From an uncultured Candidatus Sumerlaeota bacterium (GTDB lineage Bacteria; Bacillota; SLNR01): a DNA stretch of 54,892 nucleotides. The notes beneath the pieces are model-generated. The model saw only the letters and a program-made list of their open reading frames with translations. It had not been told where the DNA came from and ran no database searches. This document shows positions 8,607 to 17,068 of the stretch, one piece after another. Location of the stretch: the NCBI GenBank assembly GCA_964503545.1, contig CAZDAI010000002.1:1-54892 (forward strand). Reading direction: 5' to 3'. The stretch's first letter is position 1, and the number at the start of each line of letters is the position of its first letter. Made by a program: the position numbers and the translations under genes.

Positions 8607-10781
8607 GTGGAGAAGATCCGCGGAATTGTGGAAAGAATTGTTTATGAAAATCCGGATAATGGATTTTGCGTACTGCGTCTGAAAGTGCGCGAGTACCAGG
8701 ATCTGGTCACGGCGGTGGGCAGCCTGGCGGGCATTCAGGCCGGCTCTGCGCTGCTTGTGGAAGGGGACTGGCGCATGGACAGTCGTTTCGGCAAGCAGCT
8801 CCAGGTAGTGCGTTTTCAAGAAGAAATTCCGGCAGATTCTGCCGATATGGAACGCTACCTGGCCAGCGGTCTGATCAAAGGGATCGGACCGGTCAATGCC
8901 CACCGACTGGTTGTTGCATTTGGTGCAGATACCTTCCGTGTGATCGAAGAAGAACCGGACCGGCTGCTGGAAGTTACAGGGATTGGACCCAAGCGGGTGG
9001 AGATGATCTGCCAGGCTTGGAAAGAGCATCTGGCAGTAAAGAATGTGATGGTTTTTCTCCAGAAGTATGGAGTTTCTGTTTCTTTGGGTGTGCGCATTTA
9101 CAAGACCTATGGCGCTGGCAGTATTGAGGCCATTCAGGCAGACCCGTACCGTCTGGCTGAGGATATCTGGGGGATCGGGTTTAAAACCGCAGATAAAATT
9201 GCTCAGAGTATCGGCTTTGATCCACTCTCGGGGGCACGCTGCCGGGCAGGGATTGTCCACATTCTGAATCAGGCGGCGGGTGATGGGCATTGTTTTCTTG
9301 AGCAGGCGGTGCTGATCGATCAGGTCTGCACCGTCCTGGAAGTACCCCCTTCTCTGGTGACGGATACCCTGGAAGAAATGATTCTGGACAGAAAAGTAAT
9401 CACAGATGATGAGGCGGTGTATCTGCCCAGCGTCTATTATAGCGAAACTGGCACGGCTGCCCGCATTCAAGAGATCATGCAGGCCCCTTACCAGTGTCAG
9501 ATCTTAGACATTGCCGGTATCATCTCCCAAGTGGAGAAAGACAGCGGTATCACTTTTGATGCCATCCAAAAAGATGCCATCGAAAAAGCGGCTGCGGCCA
9601 AATTCCTGGTGCTGACGGGAGGGCCTGGAACAGGTAAGACCACTACGGTTCAGGGTATCATTAAAGTTTTTTCACGCATGGGCCAACGCATACTCCTGGC
9701 AGCGCCCACAGGAAGAGCAGCCAAACGGTTGGCGGAGACCACAGGACAGGAAGCGCGAACCATTCACCGGCTTCTGGAATTCAAACCGCCCCAGGGATAC
9801 CAGCGGGATGAGCATCACCCCCTGGATGGTGATGTGCTGATTATTGATGAAGCATCGATGATTGATATCTTCCTGATGCACAATCTGCTCAAAGCCATAC
9901 CCGATGAAGCCGTTGTGGTGCTGGTGGGTGATGTGGATCAGCTGCCGCCGGTGGGGGCGGGGAATGTCCTGCGGGATATTATCGACAGCAGCACCGTGCC
10001 GGTAGTGCGTCTGACCCGAATTTTCCGCCAAGCCCAAGATAGCATGATCATCAGCAATGCGCATCGAATTAATCAGGGCCGTACCCCAAAATTGCAGAAC
10101 ACACCAGGAGGCGACTTCTTTTTTCTGGAAGAGGACGATCCGGAAAAAGTCACTGAAACAGTGGTGGATCTATGCCGGCGGCGTCTGCCGGAGCGTTACG
10201 GTATCGCACCCCGGCAGATTCAGGTAATCAGCCCCATGACTCGGGGCGTGGTGGGTGTGCACTATCTGAACGAGCAGCTGCAGGCGGCCCTCAATCCTGC
10301 CGGTCCGGCGGTGCGTTTTGGCGGAACCTTGTTTCGCCAGGGTGACAAGGTTATGCAGATCCGCAACAACTATGACAAAGACGTGTTCAATGGCGATATT
10401 GGTTTCATCGAAACTCTCGACACAGAAGAGCAGACCATGACGGTCTGCTTTGATGAGCGCAGTGTGCAGTATGAGCGGGCAGAATGGGACGAAATTGTCC
10501 TGGCCTATGCCACCACAGTCCATAAGAGTCAGGGCAGTGAATATCCTCTGGTGGTGGCACCCCTGACTATGCAGCATTACATGATGCTCCAGAGGAACCT
10601 GCTCTACACCTGCATTACCCGAGCCCGGCGCCTAATGGTGATCGTGGGGACACGCAGAGCCGTGGGACTGGCCGTCCGCAATAACCGGGTTGCCCACAGA
10701 AATACCCGGCTGGTAGAAAGACTGAAAGACCGGGCAGTTTCCGTCCTGAAAGAACCCGATATTCAAGAAAGAGAGGAATAG
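8607..10781 (+). CDS. recD2: RecD2-type SF1B DNA helicase
   Basis: GTG start. Walker A GGPGTGKTT. LVGDVDQLPPVGAG and ATTVHKSQGSEY motifs. N-terminal OB/HhH-like region. Confidence 0.9.
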   Translation: MEKIRGIVERIVYENPDNGFCVLRLKVREYQDLVTAVGSLAGIQAGSALLVEGDWRMDSRFGKQLQVVRFQEEIPADSADMERYLASGLIKGIGPVNAHRLVVAFGADTFRVIEEEPDRLLEVTGIGPKRVEMICQAWKEHLAVKNVMVFLQKYGVSVSLGVRIYKTYGAGSIEAIQADPYRLAEDIWGIGFKTADKIAQSIGFDPLSGARCRAGIVHILNQAAGDGHCFLEQAVLIDQVCTVLEVPPSLVTDTLEEMILDRKVITDDEAVYLPSVYYSETGTAARIQEIMQAPYQCQILDIAGIISQVEKDSGITFDAIQKDAIEKAAAAKFLVLTGGPGTGKTTTVQGIIKVFSRMGQRILLAAPTGRAAKRLAETTGQEARTIHRLLEFKPPQGYQRDEHHPLDGDVLIIDEASMIDIFLMHNLLKAIPDEAVVVLVGDVDQLPPVGAGNVLRDIIDSSTVPVVRLTRIFRQAQDSMIISNAHRINQGRTPKLQNTPGGDFFFLEEDDPEKVTETVVDLCRRRLPERYGIAPRQIQVISPMTRGVVGVHYLNEQLQAALNPAGPAVRFGGTLFRQGDKVMQIRNNYDKDVFNGDIGFIETLDTEEQTMTVCFDERSVQYERAEWDEIVLAYATTVHKSQGSEYPLVVAPLTMQHYMMLQRNLLYTCITRARRLMVIVGTRRAVGLAVRNNRVAHRNTRLVERLKDRAVSVLKEPDIQEREE

Positions 10782-10783
10782 GG

Positions 10784-13531
10784 ATGGCGGACAATGATGC
10801 ATTAAGGATGGATCCATGGCTGTATACCCTGATCGGCAATCTCAATGAGCCTGTATTCTTCTTAGAATCCAATGGGATCATCCGTGTAGCCAGTGCCGGT
10901 GCAGCGGCTCTCGTGAACCAAAATGGCTGGGATCCGGCTGTAGAAACGGCAGACAACCCCCTGCGTCTGGTGCATCGGGTTCGGGAGGAAGACCTGAGCG
11001 AAGCGATCACAGCGATGGTAATGGCCGGTACGGGTTCAGTAGTAACTGAAGATGTTGATCTGCGCATGGGGGATTTGCTGCAGATTCCTATCCAGGGTAT
11101 GGTCATCCCGGTTCGGGATACCGGCGGTGTGGTCATGGGCGGTATTCTGTTTGCTCGGCCGCCTGAAACTTCAGGGCCCGATATTGACCGTCTCCTTATG
11201 GAGTTTGAAGCCATTTTCCAATCCGCCCACAGCGCCATGTTCATTGTGGCCGTTGCGGGGGATACCTTTCGTTACCTCCGGGTGAATCGGTCACGGGAAA
11301 TGACGGCGGGTATGACAGAAGCGGAATCGGTGGGACGAACACCTCGGGAGACTATGGGGGAGGTAGTGGGCGGTCAGATTGAAGCCCGAATGCGAGAATG
11401 TGCCGCAAGTGGCCGGGAAATCTCCTACATTGCAGACCGCATCTATCCTGCAGGTCGCCGCGTCTTTAGGACGGTGCTGACACCGCTGATCATTGATGGG
11501 CGGGTGGTGGAAATCATCGGTTCTTTGCATGATATTACTGATTTGAAGGTCATGGAAGAAACCTTGCGTGAAAGCCAGGAACGGTACCAGCTGGTCTTTG
11601 ACAATGCCCGGGACGGTATTATTCTGTATCCATTTGTACACGAAGGGCCGGCGCAAAAATTTGCCGATGTTAATCCGGCCTATGAAGAAATGACTGAATA
11701 TACCCGGGCGGAGCTCTTGGGCCTGACACCCTACGATCTTCTGGAGGCCGGCCAGGAGCAGCAGGTGCAAGCCTATCGCCGTGAGTTAAGCCGAAATGGC
11801 TCTTGCTTTTTCGAATTCATCATCCGCTCCCGCACTGGGAATACCATTCCTGTTGGCATCAGCGCTCAGCGGATCACCATGGCTGCTGATGAGTATGTGC
11901 TTGCGGTGGTTCGGGATATAACCGAACGGAAAAAAGCAGAAGCTGCCATGGATTACCGTATTACCCTGGAGAAATCCATAACAGAAACTTCCCGGTTGCT
12001 TTTGGGTAATGAGCTGCCTGACTTCAACGAGATTTTGGCTGTCCTGGGAAAGGGAGCCGGGGTGTCATGGGCCTATTTCTTTTTGGCTCAGCCACCGGCA
12101 GCTCGGGTTCATTACCAGGATGTTCTGCCCAAAACCAGGCCGTGGGAATGGACTGCACCGGGTCTGGGTTCACTGGCCAATCAGGTACAGGATGTGCCCT
12201 TTGAACAGATCGGCTGGCTGCTTGGGCATCTGCGTTCCCATAAGCCGTTGATGGTGGAAGATGTTGCAGCTTTGCCGGTCGAAGCTGCACGTGAGAAGGA
12301 ACTGCTGATCGGGTTGGGAGCGCGGTCATCCCTCAATGTGCCGGTCTTTATTGCAGAAGAACTGATCGGTTTTCTGGGCTTTGTGACGCTGGATGCACCC
12401 CGCTGCTGGCAACAGGAAGACGTGGAGCTACTTACGACCGTTGGGCGGATGATCGGCACCCGCATTGAGCAGCGAGCTGCCCAGGAGCGGATCCGTTATC
12501 TGAGTTTCCATGATCAGCTGACCGGGCTTTACAACAAAGGCTATTTTATAGAGGAACTGAAGCGGATGGATACAGCGCGCCAGCTGCCCCTCAGTCTGAT
12601 TGTCGGTGATGTAAACGGTTTGAAGTTGGTCAATGATGCTTTCGGACATCGAGAGGGTGATCAATTGTTAAAAAAGGTAGCCGAAAGCATTCGCCGAGTC
12701 TGCCGTCAGGAAGACCTGATCAGCCGTTGGGGCGGGGATGAATTTGTGGTATTGCTGCCTAGCACTGATTTGTTTGTAGCCGAAGAGATCGCTGAGCGGA
12801 TCCGCCAGCAGTGTGAAAAGGAGGATAATGCGGCCATTCGCGTGACGATGGCCATGGGCACAGCTACCAAAACAGATGAGAAGACACCCATGGATGATGT
12901 CATTCGAACGGCAGAAGAAGCCATGTACCGGCGTAAGATTCGGGACAGTGTAACAGTCCGAAGTACCATTATGAGTTCATTGCAGAACAAGCTGGTGGCA
13001 GAAGGCTATGAAGAACCCTCTCACTGGGAGCGATTGCGTGAGCTGTCAGAAGAATTTGCCTCAGTACTAGATCTGGGCGTTTCCGAACTGGAAGAGCTGA
13101 CGCTGCTATGCTATCTGCATGACATTGGTAAACTGGCGGTAGCGGCGGATGTGTTGCGAAAAGAAGGACCTTGGACGCCCGATGAAGAAAAACAGGCGCA
13201 AAAGCATGTGGAGGCCGGTTACCGAATTGCCTTGGCTTCACCGCAGCTGACAAGCATTGCTGAGGATATTCTCAGTCATCATGAGCACTGGGATGGGAAA
13301 GGATATCCCCGGGGTCTGACTGGCCGGGAGATTCCCTATATTAGCCGGGTGTTTGCCATTATTAATGCGTATGAACACCTAACCCAAAATGCCCAGCATA
13401 AGCCGGCATTACAAGAGCGGGAAGCATTGCAGCAGATCCAAGCAGGCGGCGGGCGGCGATTTGACCCCGAATTGGCAGAAATTTTTGTGCGTTGGCAAAC
13501 GAGTGGCAAAAAAAAGAGTATAAATAACTGA
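10784..13531 (+). CDS. PAS-PAS-GAF-GGDEF-HD-GYP c-di-GMP turnover protein
   Basis: Intact RWGGDEFVVLL (GGDEF). HD-GYP motifs LHDIGK and HHEHWDGKGYPRGL. PAS-like and GAF-like N-terminal regions. Starts 2 nt after the recD2 stop. Confidence 0.9.
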   Translation: MADNDALRMDPWLYTLIGNLNEPVFFLESNGIIRVASAGAAALVNQNGWDPAVETADNPLRLVHRVREEDLSEAITAMVMAGTGSVVTEDVDLRMGDLLQIPIQGMVIPVRDTGGVVMGGILFARPPETSGPDIDRLLMEFEAIFQSAHSAMFIVAVAGDTFRYLRVNRSREMTAGMTEAESVGRTPRETMGEVVGGQIEARMRECAASGREISYIADRIYPAGRRVFRTVLTPLIIDGRVVEIIGSLHDITDLKVMEETLRESQERYQLVFDNARDGIILYPFVHEGPAQKFADVNPAYEEMTEYTRAELLGLTPYDLLEAGQEQQVQAYRRELSRNGSCFFEFIIRSRTGNTIPVGISAQRITMAADEYVLAVVRDITERKKAEAAMDYRITLEKSITETSRLLLGNELPDFNEILAVLGKGAGVSWAYFFLAQPPAARVHYQDVLPKTRPWEWTAPGLGSLANQVQDVPFEQIGWLLGHLRSHKPLMVEDVAALPVEAAREKELLIGLGARSSLNVPVFIAEELIGFLGFVTLDAPRCWQQEDVELLTTVGRMIGTRIEQRAAQERIRYLSFHDQLTGLYNKGYFIEELKRMDTARQLPLSLIVGDVNGLKLVNDAFGHREGDQLLKKVAESIRRVCRQEDLISRWGGDEFVVLLPSTDLFVAEEIAERIRQQCEKEDNAAIRVTMAMGTATKTDEKTPMDDVIRTAEEAMYRRKIRDSVTVRSTIMSSLQNKLVAEGYEEPSHWERLRELSEEFASVLDLGVSELEELTLLCYLHDIGKLAVAADVLRKEGPWTPDEEKQAQKHVEAGYRIALASPQLTSIAEDILSHHEHWDGKGYPRGLTGREIPYISRVFAIINAYEHLTQNAQHKPALQEREALQQIQAGGGRRFDPELAEIFVRWQTSGKKKSINN

Positions 13532-13560
13532 GGCATCTAATCTCAAAGGGAGGGATCGGC

Positions 13561-14046
13561 ATGGGTTCTTTTAACTGTCGCCTGGGAGGCAATTTTGGCG
13601 GCTGGGATCTGGCACTGTCATTGGATGGCAGCCGGGTTACCGGGCGCCTGGGCGGTTCTATTCTGGGTAAGGATGTCAGCCTGGAGCTGACCGATCAGCG
13701 AGTGTATGGGCGCATCGGCGGTACACTGGACGGGAAGGATTTGGCATTTCGCATCACCGACCGGACACTGGAAGGGCGTATTGGCGGCAGTTTGATGGGT
13801 GCGGATGTCTTCTTACGGGATGAAATGGGACTTGTGGGCGGTCGTATTGGCGGTAACCGGTTGGGCAATGATGTGCAGCTGCGTTTTGCCGGGGGGCGGG
13901 TCGACGGCCGGATCGGCGGCAGTACAGTGGGAGCAGATGTTTACGGCGACTACGATGATTTTCCGCCATTGCTGGCTGCGGGACTTGCCGGTGTTGCCCA
14001 GTGGCTGTATGAACAGCAGCGCAATGGATCATCCAGCAGAAATTAA
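13561..14046 (+). CDS. Hypothetical repeat protein: six tandem 22-residue G-R-[IL]-G-G...G-x-D-[VL] repeats plus a hydrophobic/amphipathic C-terminus
   Basis: GGGAGGG RBS. Residues 6-133 parse exactly into 22-aa units (CRLGGNFGGWDLALSLDGSRVT / GRLGGSILGKDVSLELTDQRVY / GRIGGTLDGKDLAFRITDRTLE / ...). Confidence 0.7.
   Translation: MGSFNCRLGGNFGGWDLALSLDGSRVTGRLGGSILGKDVSLELTDQRVYGRIGGTLDGKDLAFRITDRTLEGRIGGSLMGADVFLRDEMGLVGGRIGGNRLGNDVQLRFAGGRVDGRIGGSTVGADVYGDYDDFPPLLAAGLAGVAQWLYEQQRNGSSSRN
13576..13944 (+). repeat. 66-nt periodic coding repeat (6 units, diverged at DNA level)
   Basis: Follows from the 22-codon periodicity of the protein above. Confidence 0.7.
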
Positions 14047-14097
14047 GTAAATTTTGGGGTTTTATCTGAAAATGGGGTAAGGTAAAGGAGGAAGAGG

Positions 14098-14991
14098 ATG
14101 AGCGGCAAAGAGTTTTATATGGTGGATGTCTTTACTGACAATCGGTTTGGCGGCAATCAACTGGCAGTTTTCACCCAGGGGCACCACTTTCGGGAAGAAG
14201 AGTTGCAAGCGATCGCCCGTGAGATCAACTTTTCTGAAACGACATTTATTTTCCCCGAAGAAAGTCAGGGGGATCATTATCGGGTCAGAATTTTCACTCC
14301 GGCAGAGGAAGTGCCTTTTGCCGGACACCCCACCCTGGGCACCGCCTATGTCATCCAGACCTATCTAACCCAGGATAAACGAGATCAAATCGTTTTAGAT
14401 CTTAATGTGGGACCGATCCCGGTGACCATTGAGTATGATGGTGACAGTGTGGGCAAGATGACAATGAAGCAGAATCCGCCCGTCTTCGGTGAGACCCTCA
14501 GCGCTGAGGATCTGGCCGGGGTTCTGAACATATCCCCGGCAGATGTGGACCTCCGCTTTCCGATTCAGGAAGTTTCCACGGGCCTGCCTTTTATTATCGT
14601 CCCTCTAAAAACCTTGGAGGCAGTCAGCCGAGCACGACTCAACAAAGAAGCCTACGAAGCGCTGATCAGTGCCCTGCAGGCCAAAGCTATACTCTTTTTT
14701 GCTCCAGAGACTGTGCATGCGGAGAACCAGCTGCATGCCCGGGTTTTCACCGAGTATTTCGGCGTGCCGGAAGATCCGGCCACCGGCAGTGCCAACGGTT
14801 GTCTAGCGGGCTATCTTCTGCGCTATGAATACTTTGGCAGCCGAGAATTGAATATTCGCGTGGAACAGGGTTTTGAGATTGGCCGCAATGCCATTTTGTT
14901 CCTGTCAGGGAGCAAGACAGATGATCAGATTAGTGTGTATGTGGGTGGTCGGACCGCACCGTTTGCCCGGGGTGAGGTGCTTGGCGAATAA
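14098..14991 (+). CDS. PhzF-family isomerase
   Basis: MVDVFTDNRFGGNQLAVF, FSETTF, PFAGHPTLGTA and EDPATGSANG motifs. Confidence 0.85.
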   Translation: MSGKEFYMVDVFTDNRFGGNQLAVFTQGHHFREEELQAIAREINFSETTFIFPEESQGDHYRVRIFTPAEEVPFAGHPTLGTAYVIQTYLTQDKRDQIVLDLNVGPIPVTIEYDGDSVGKMTMKQNPPVFGETLSAEDLAGVLNISPADVDLRFPIQEVSTGLPFIIVPLKTLEAVSRARLNKEAYEALISALQAKAILFFAPETVHAENQLHARVFTEYFGVPEDPATGSANGCLAGYLLRYEYFGSRELNIRVEQGFEIGRNAILFLSGSKTDDQISVYVGGRTAPFARGEVLGE

Positions 14992-14996
14992 AGGCC

Positions 14997-15025
14997 TTGA
15001 CAGCCAGGGCAGAATTCTGTAGAAT
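14997..15025 (+). promoter_or_regulatory. Sigma-A type promoter
   Basis: TTGACA (14997-15002), 17-nt spacer, TAGAAT (15020-15025). Confidence 0.75.
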
Positions 15026-15037
15026 GGGTCCAATATG

Positions 15038-15316
15038 GTAAAGATGATGACGGGAAAAGAGTAGCTTTGGCAGGCGGAATTACAGAGAGCAGGGTCCTGG
15101 CTGAGAGTCCTGCGTTGCGCACCAAAAGTGAATACCCCCCGGAATCGCCTGCTGAAGGACTGAGTATATCAGTTTGTGTAAGCGTGGCCAGTTGCCCCTG
15201 TTATCGGGCTATGCCCTCAGTCTGCTTCATGGCAGACGGCGGCAGAAAAAGTGAGGCAGAGCCTAACCAGGGTGGTACCGCGAGTAAAACTCGTCCCTTC
15301 GAGGACGGGTTTTTTG
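15038..15316 (+). promoter_or_regulatory. T-box riboswitch (complete); candidate specifier UAC (Tyr)
   Basis: GAUGAUGA K-turn region. AGUA (15060-15063). AGAGAG bulge. Distal UGGCUGAGAG loop. GAA-UAC at 15130-15135. T-box sequence AACCAGGGUGGUACCGCG (15266-15282). Terminator CGUCC/GGACG plus U6. Confidence 0.8.
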
Positions 15317-15320
15317 TTTC

Positions 15321-15398
15321 TCTGTACCGGGGAATCTTTGCCTAAATCGGGTGGTACCGCGGAATGATTCCGTCCCTTTGGGGGCGGTTTCTTTTTTT
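15321..15398 (+). promoter_or_regulatory. Second T-box antiterminator/terminator module lacking Stem I
   Basis: CGGGUGGUACCGCGG (15348-15362), then CCGUCCC-UUUG-GGGGCGG and a U-rich run to 15398. Only ~30 nt separate it from the first terminator. Confidence 0.65.
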
Positions 15399-15452
15399 AC
15401 AGAAAGGAGGGTGGTTGGTTTTGCAGGATCAATAAAGAAGGGACTGAGAGAG

Positions 15453-16970
15453 ATGATAAAAAGAGAAGGTATTCTGATTTGGTTGCTCATTCTGTTGATG
15501 ATATGTGCTAGTGCTGCAGGCTGCATGGGCACGGCTGCTTCTGATCATGATCGGGTGGTCATTGCCCAAGGGGTCGATGCCACCACACTGGATCCCCATA
15601 TGCACGCTGAAACCACAACCAGCAATGTCACCGTGCAAATATTTGATCGGCTTTTCATGCGGGATGATCAGATGCAGCTGCAGCCTCATCTGGCTGAATC
15701 CATCACTTTGCTGGAAGACTGTGTGTGGGAGCTGAAGCTAAAAGAGGGCATCCAGTTTCACAACGGTGAGATTTTTGATGCTGAAACCGTGCGCTACAAT
15801 ATTGAGCGAATTCTCAATCCTGAGCAAAAATCTCCCCAAGTGGCCAATCTGAACATGATTGATCAGGTAATTGTGGTGGATGGGCATACGGTGCAGATCA
15901 CGACCCATGCCCCCTATCCGCTCCTGCCCGGGCGACTTAGCCTGGAGATGGTGCCGCCGGGCTACATTGAAGAGCATGGAGATGCATATTTTGCAGAGCA
16001 TCCTGTGGGAACAGGTCCATACAAATTTGTGCGCTGGACACGGGATGAAGAGATTGTTCTGGAAGCCAATGAAGACTACTGGCGCGGTGTGCCGGCAGTG
16101 CAGGAGGTCGTATTCAAGCCGATTCCAGAAAACGCTGTCCGGATATCCGCACTCCAGGGAGGGGATGTGGATCTGATTGTCAATGTGCCGCCCCATCAGG
16201 TGCCTGGATTGTCTGCAACACCAGGCGTTCGCATCGAGACGGTGCCCAGCGGCCGCTTTATCTTCTTGCAGTTGGTGGCAAACCGGGAAGGACCCTTGGC
16301 TGACCGGCGAGTACGCCAGGCTTTGAACTGTGCTGTTGATGTCCCCGCAATTATTGAACATGTTTTGGGAGGCCACGGCATTGTCTCTACACAACCCCTC
16401 ACCTCCTATGATTTTGGTTTCCAGGCGGATTTACAGCGCCCCACCTTTGATCCCGCCAGGGCCACAGTCCTGCTGGCAGAAGCCGGCTATCCCGACGGTC
16501 TGGACATTACCCTGGATGTTCCCAGCGGGCGCTATGCCATGGACCGGGAGGTTGCAGAAGCATTGGCAGGACAGATGGCGGAGGCAGGGATCCGTGTGCA
16601 TCTTCAGGTCAATGAATGGGGTGTGCATATCAAGAAACTGTTGGAAAAGCAGATGGAGCATGCCTTCTTAATTGGCTGGGGTACATCGCTCTTTGACGCA
16701 GATGCCACACTCTTTCCCCAACTGCATTCCCAACAGCGGCTCACATATTTTGGCAACCCGCAGCTGGATGCTTTGCTGGAAGAAGCCCGATCCTGTATGG
16801 ATCCAATCCAGCGGGAAGCATTCTACGCACAGGCTGGAGCAGTAATTGCTGAGGAAGTACCCTTTGTGCTGCTCTATCAGCAGGAAGATATCTACGGGGT
16901 GGCAGAGCGACTGCTCTGGCAGCCCCGGGCCGATGAATTGATCTATGTTTGGGATATGGCAATCCAGTAA
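15453..16970 (+). CDS. ABC transporter substrate-binding lipoprotein, family 5 (peptide/nickel/opine type), no permease genes adjacent
   Basis: ATG 15453. Lipoprotein signal LLMICASAAGC. Family-5 SBP motifs (HPVGTGPYKFVRW). The upstream part of track ORF 15351.. is the T-box leader. Confidence 0.85.
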   Translation: MIKREGILIWLLILLMICASAAGCMGTAASDHDRVVIAQGVDATTLDPHMHAETTTSNVTVQIFDRLFMRDDQMQLQPHLAESITLLEDCVWELKLKEGIQFHNGEIFDAETVRYNIERILNPEQKSPQVANLNMIDQVIVVDGHTVQITTHAPYPLLPGRLSLEMVPPGYIEEHGDAYFAEHPVGTGPYKFVRWTRDEEIVLEANEDYWRGVPAVQEVVFKPIPENAVRISALQGGDVDLIVNVPPHQVPGLSATPGVRIETVPSGRFIFLQLVANREGPLADRRVRQALNCAVDVPAIIEHVLGGHGIVSTQPLTSYDFGFQADLQRPTFDPARATVLLAEAGYPDGLDITLDVPSGRYAMDREVAEALAGQMAEAGIRVHLQVNEWGVHIKKLLEKQMEHAFLIGWGTSLFDADATLFPQLHSQQRLTYFGNPQLDALLEEARSCMDPIQREAFYAQAGAVIAEEVPFVLLYQQEDIYGVAERLLWQPRADELIYVWDMAIQ

Positions 16971-16974
16971 ATCA

Positions 16975-17002
16975 AGAGCAGGCCGTGGGCCTGCTCTTTT
17001 TT
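16975..17002 (+). terminator. Rho-independent terminator
   Basis: AGAGCAGGCC-GTG-GGCCTGCTCT followed by T6. Confidence 0.85.
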
Positions 17003-17068
17003 CAGGTGCAGGAAACCGGCGATGGATATGGAATTAAAATGCAAAAGGCATAAAAGGGGGCATGCACC

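Noticed and set aside
8586-9470. 294-aa minus-strand ORF
   Set aside because: Antisense to the well-supported recD2 gene, with no motifs and atypical composition. The same reasoning applies to 6974..7756 (antisense to cotH), 4147..4884, 5329..5967, 10615..11244, 15738..16394, 22984..23787, 29339..29956, 32105..32767 and 34903..35514.
13576-13944. Periodic DNA repeat that might be taken for a CRISPR-like or satellite array
   Set aside because: The periodicity is 66 nt with no unique spacers. It lies entirely in one reading frame with an RBS, and conservation is at the amino-acid level. It is a coding repeat.
15145-15147. UCG (Ser) as alternative specifier of the first T-box (GGAAUCGCC parallels GGGAAUCCAC of the Ser leader)
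   Set aside because: This triplet lies in what pairs as the basal helix (GCAGGCG/CGCCUGC). The T-box bulge is UGGU, which does not fit the G73 of tRNA-Ser. UAC next to the GAA/AGUA S-turn fits better, though this is still unverified.
15351-15452. N-terminal 34 codons of track ORF 15351..16970
   Set aside because: This stretch is the second T-box terminator module and RBS region. The lipoprotein signal peptide starts at ATG 15453.
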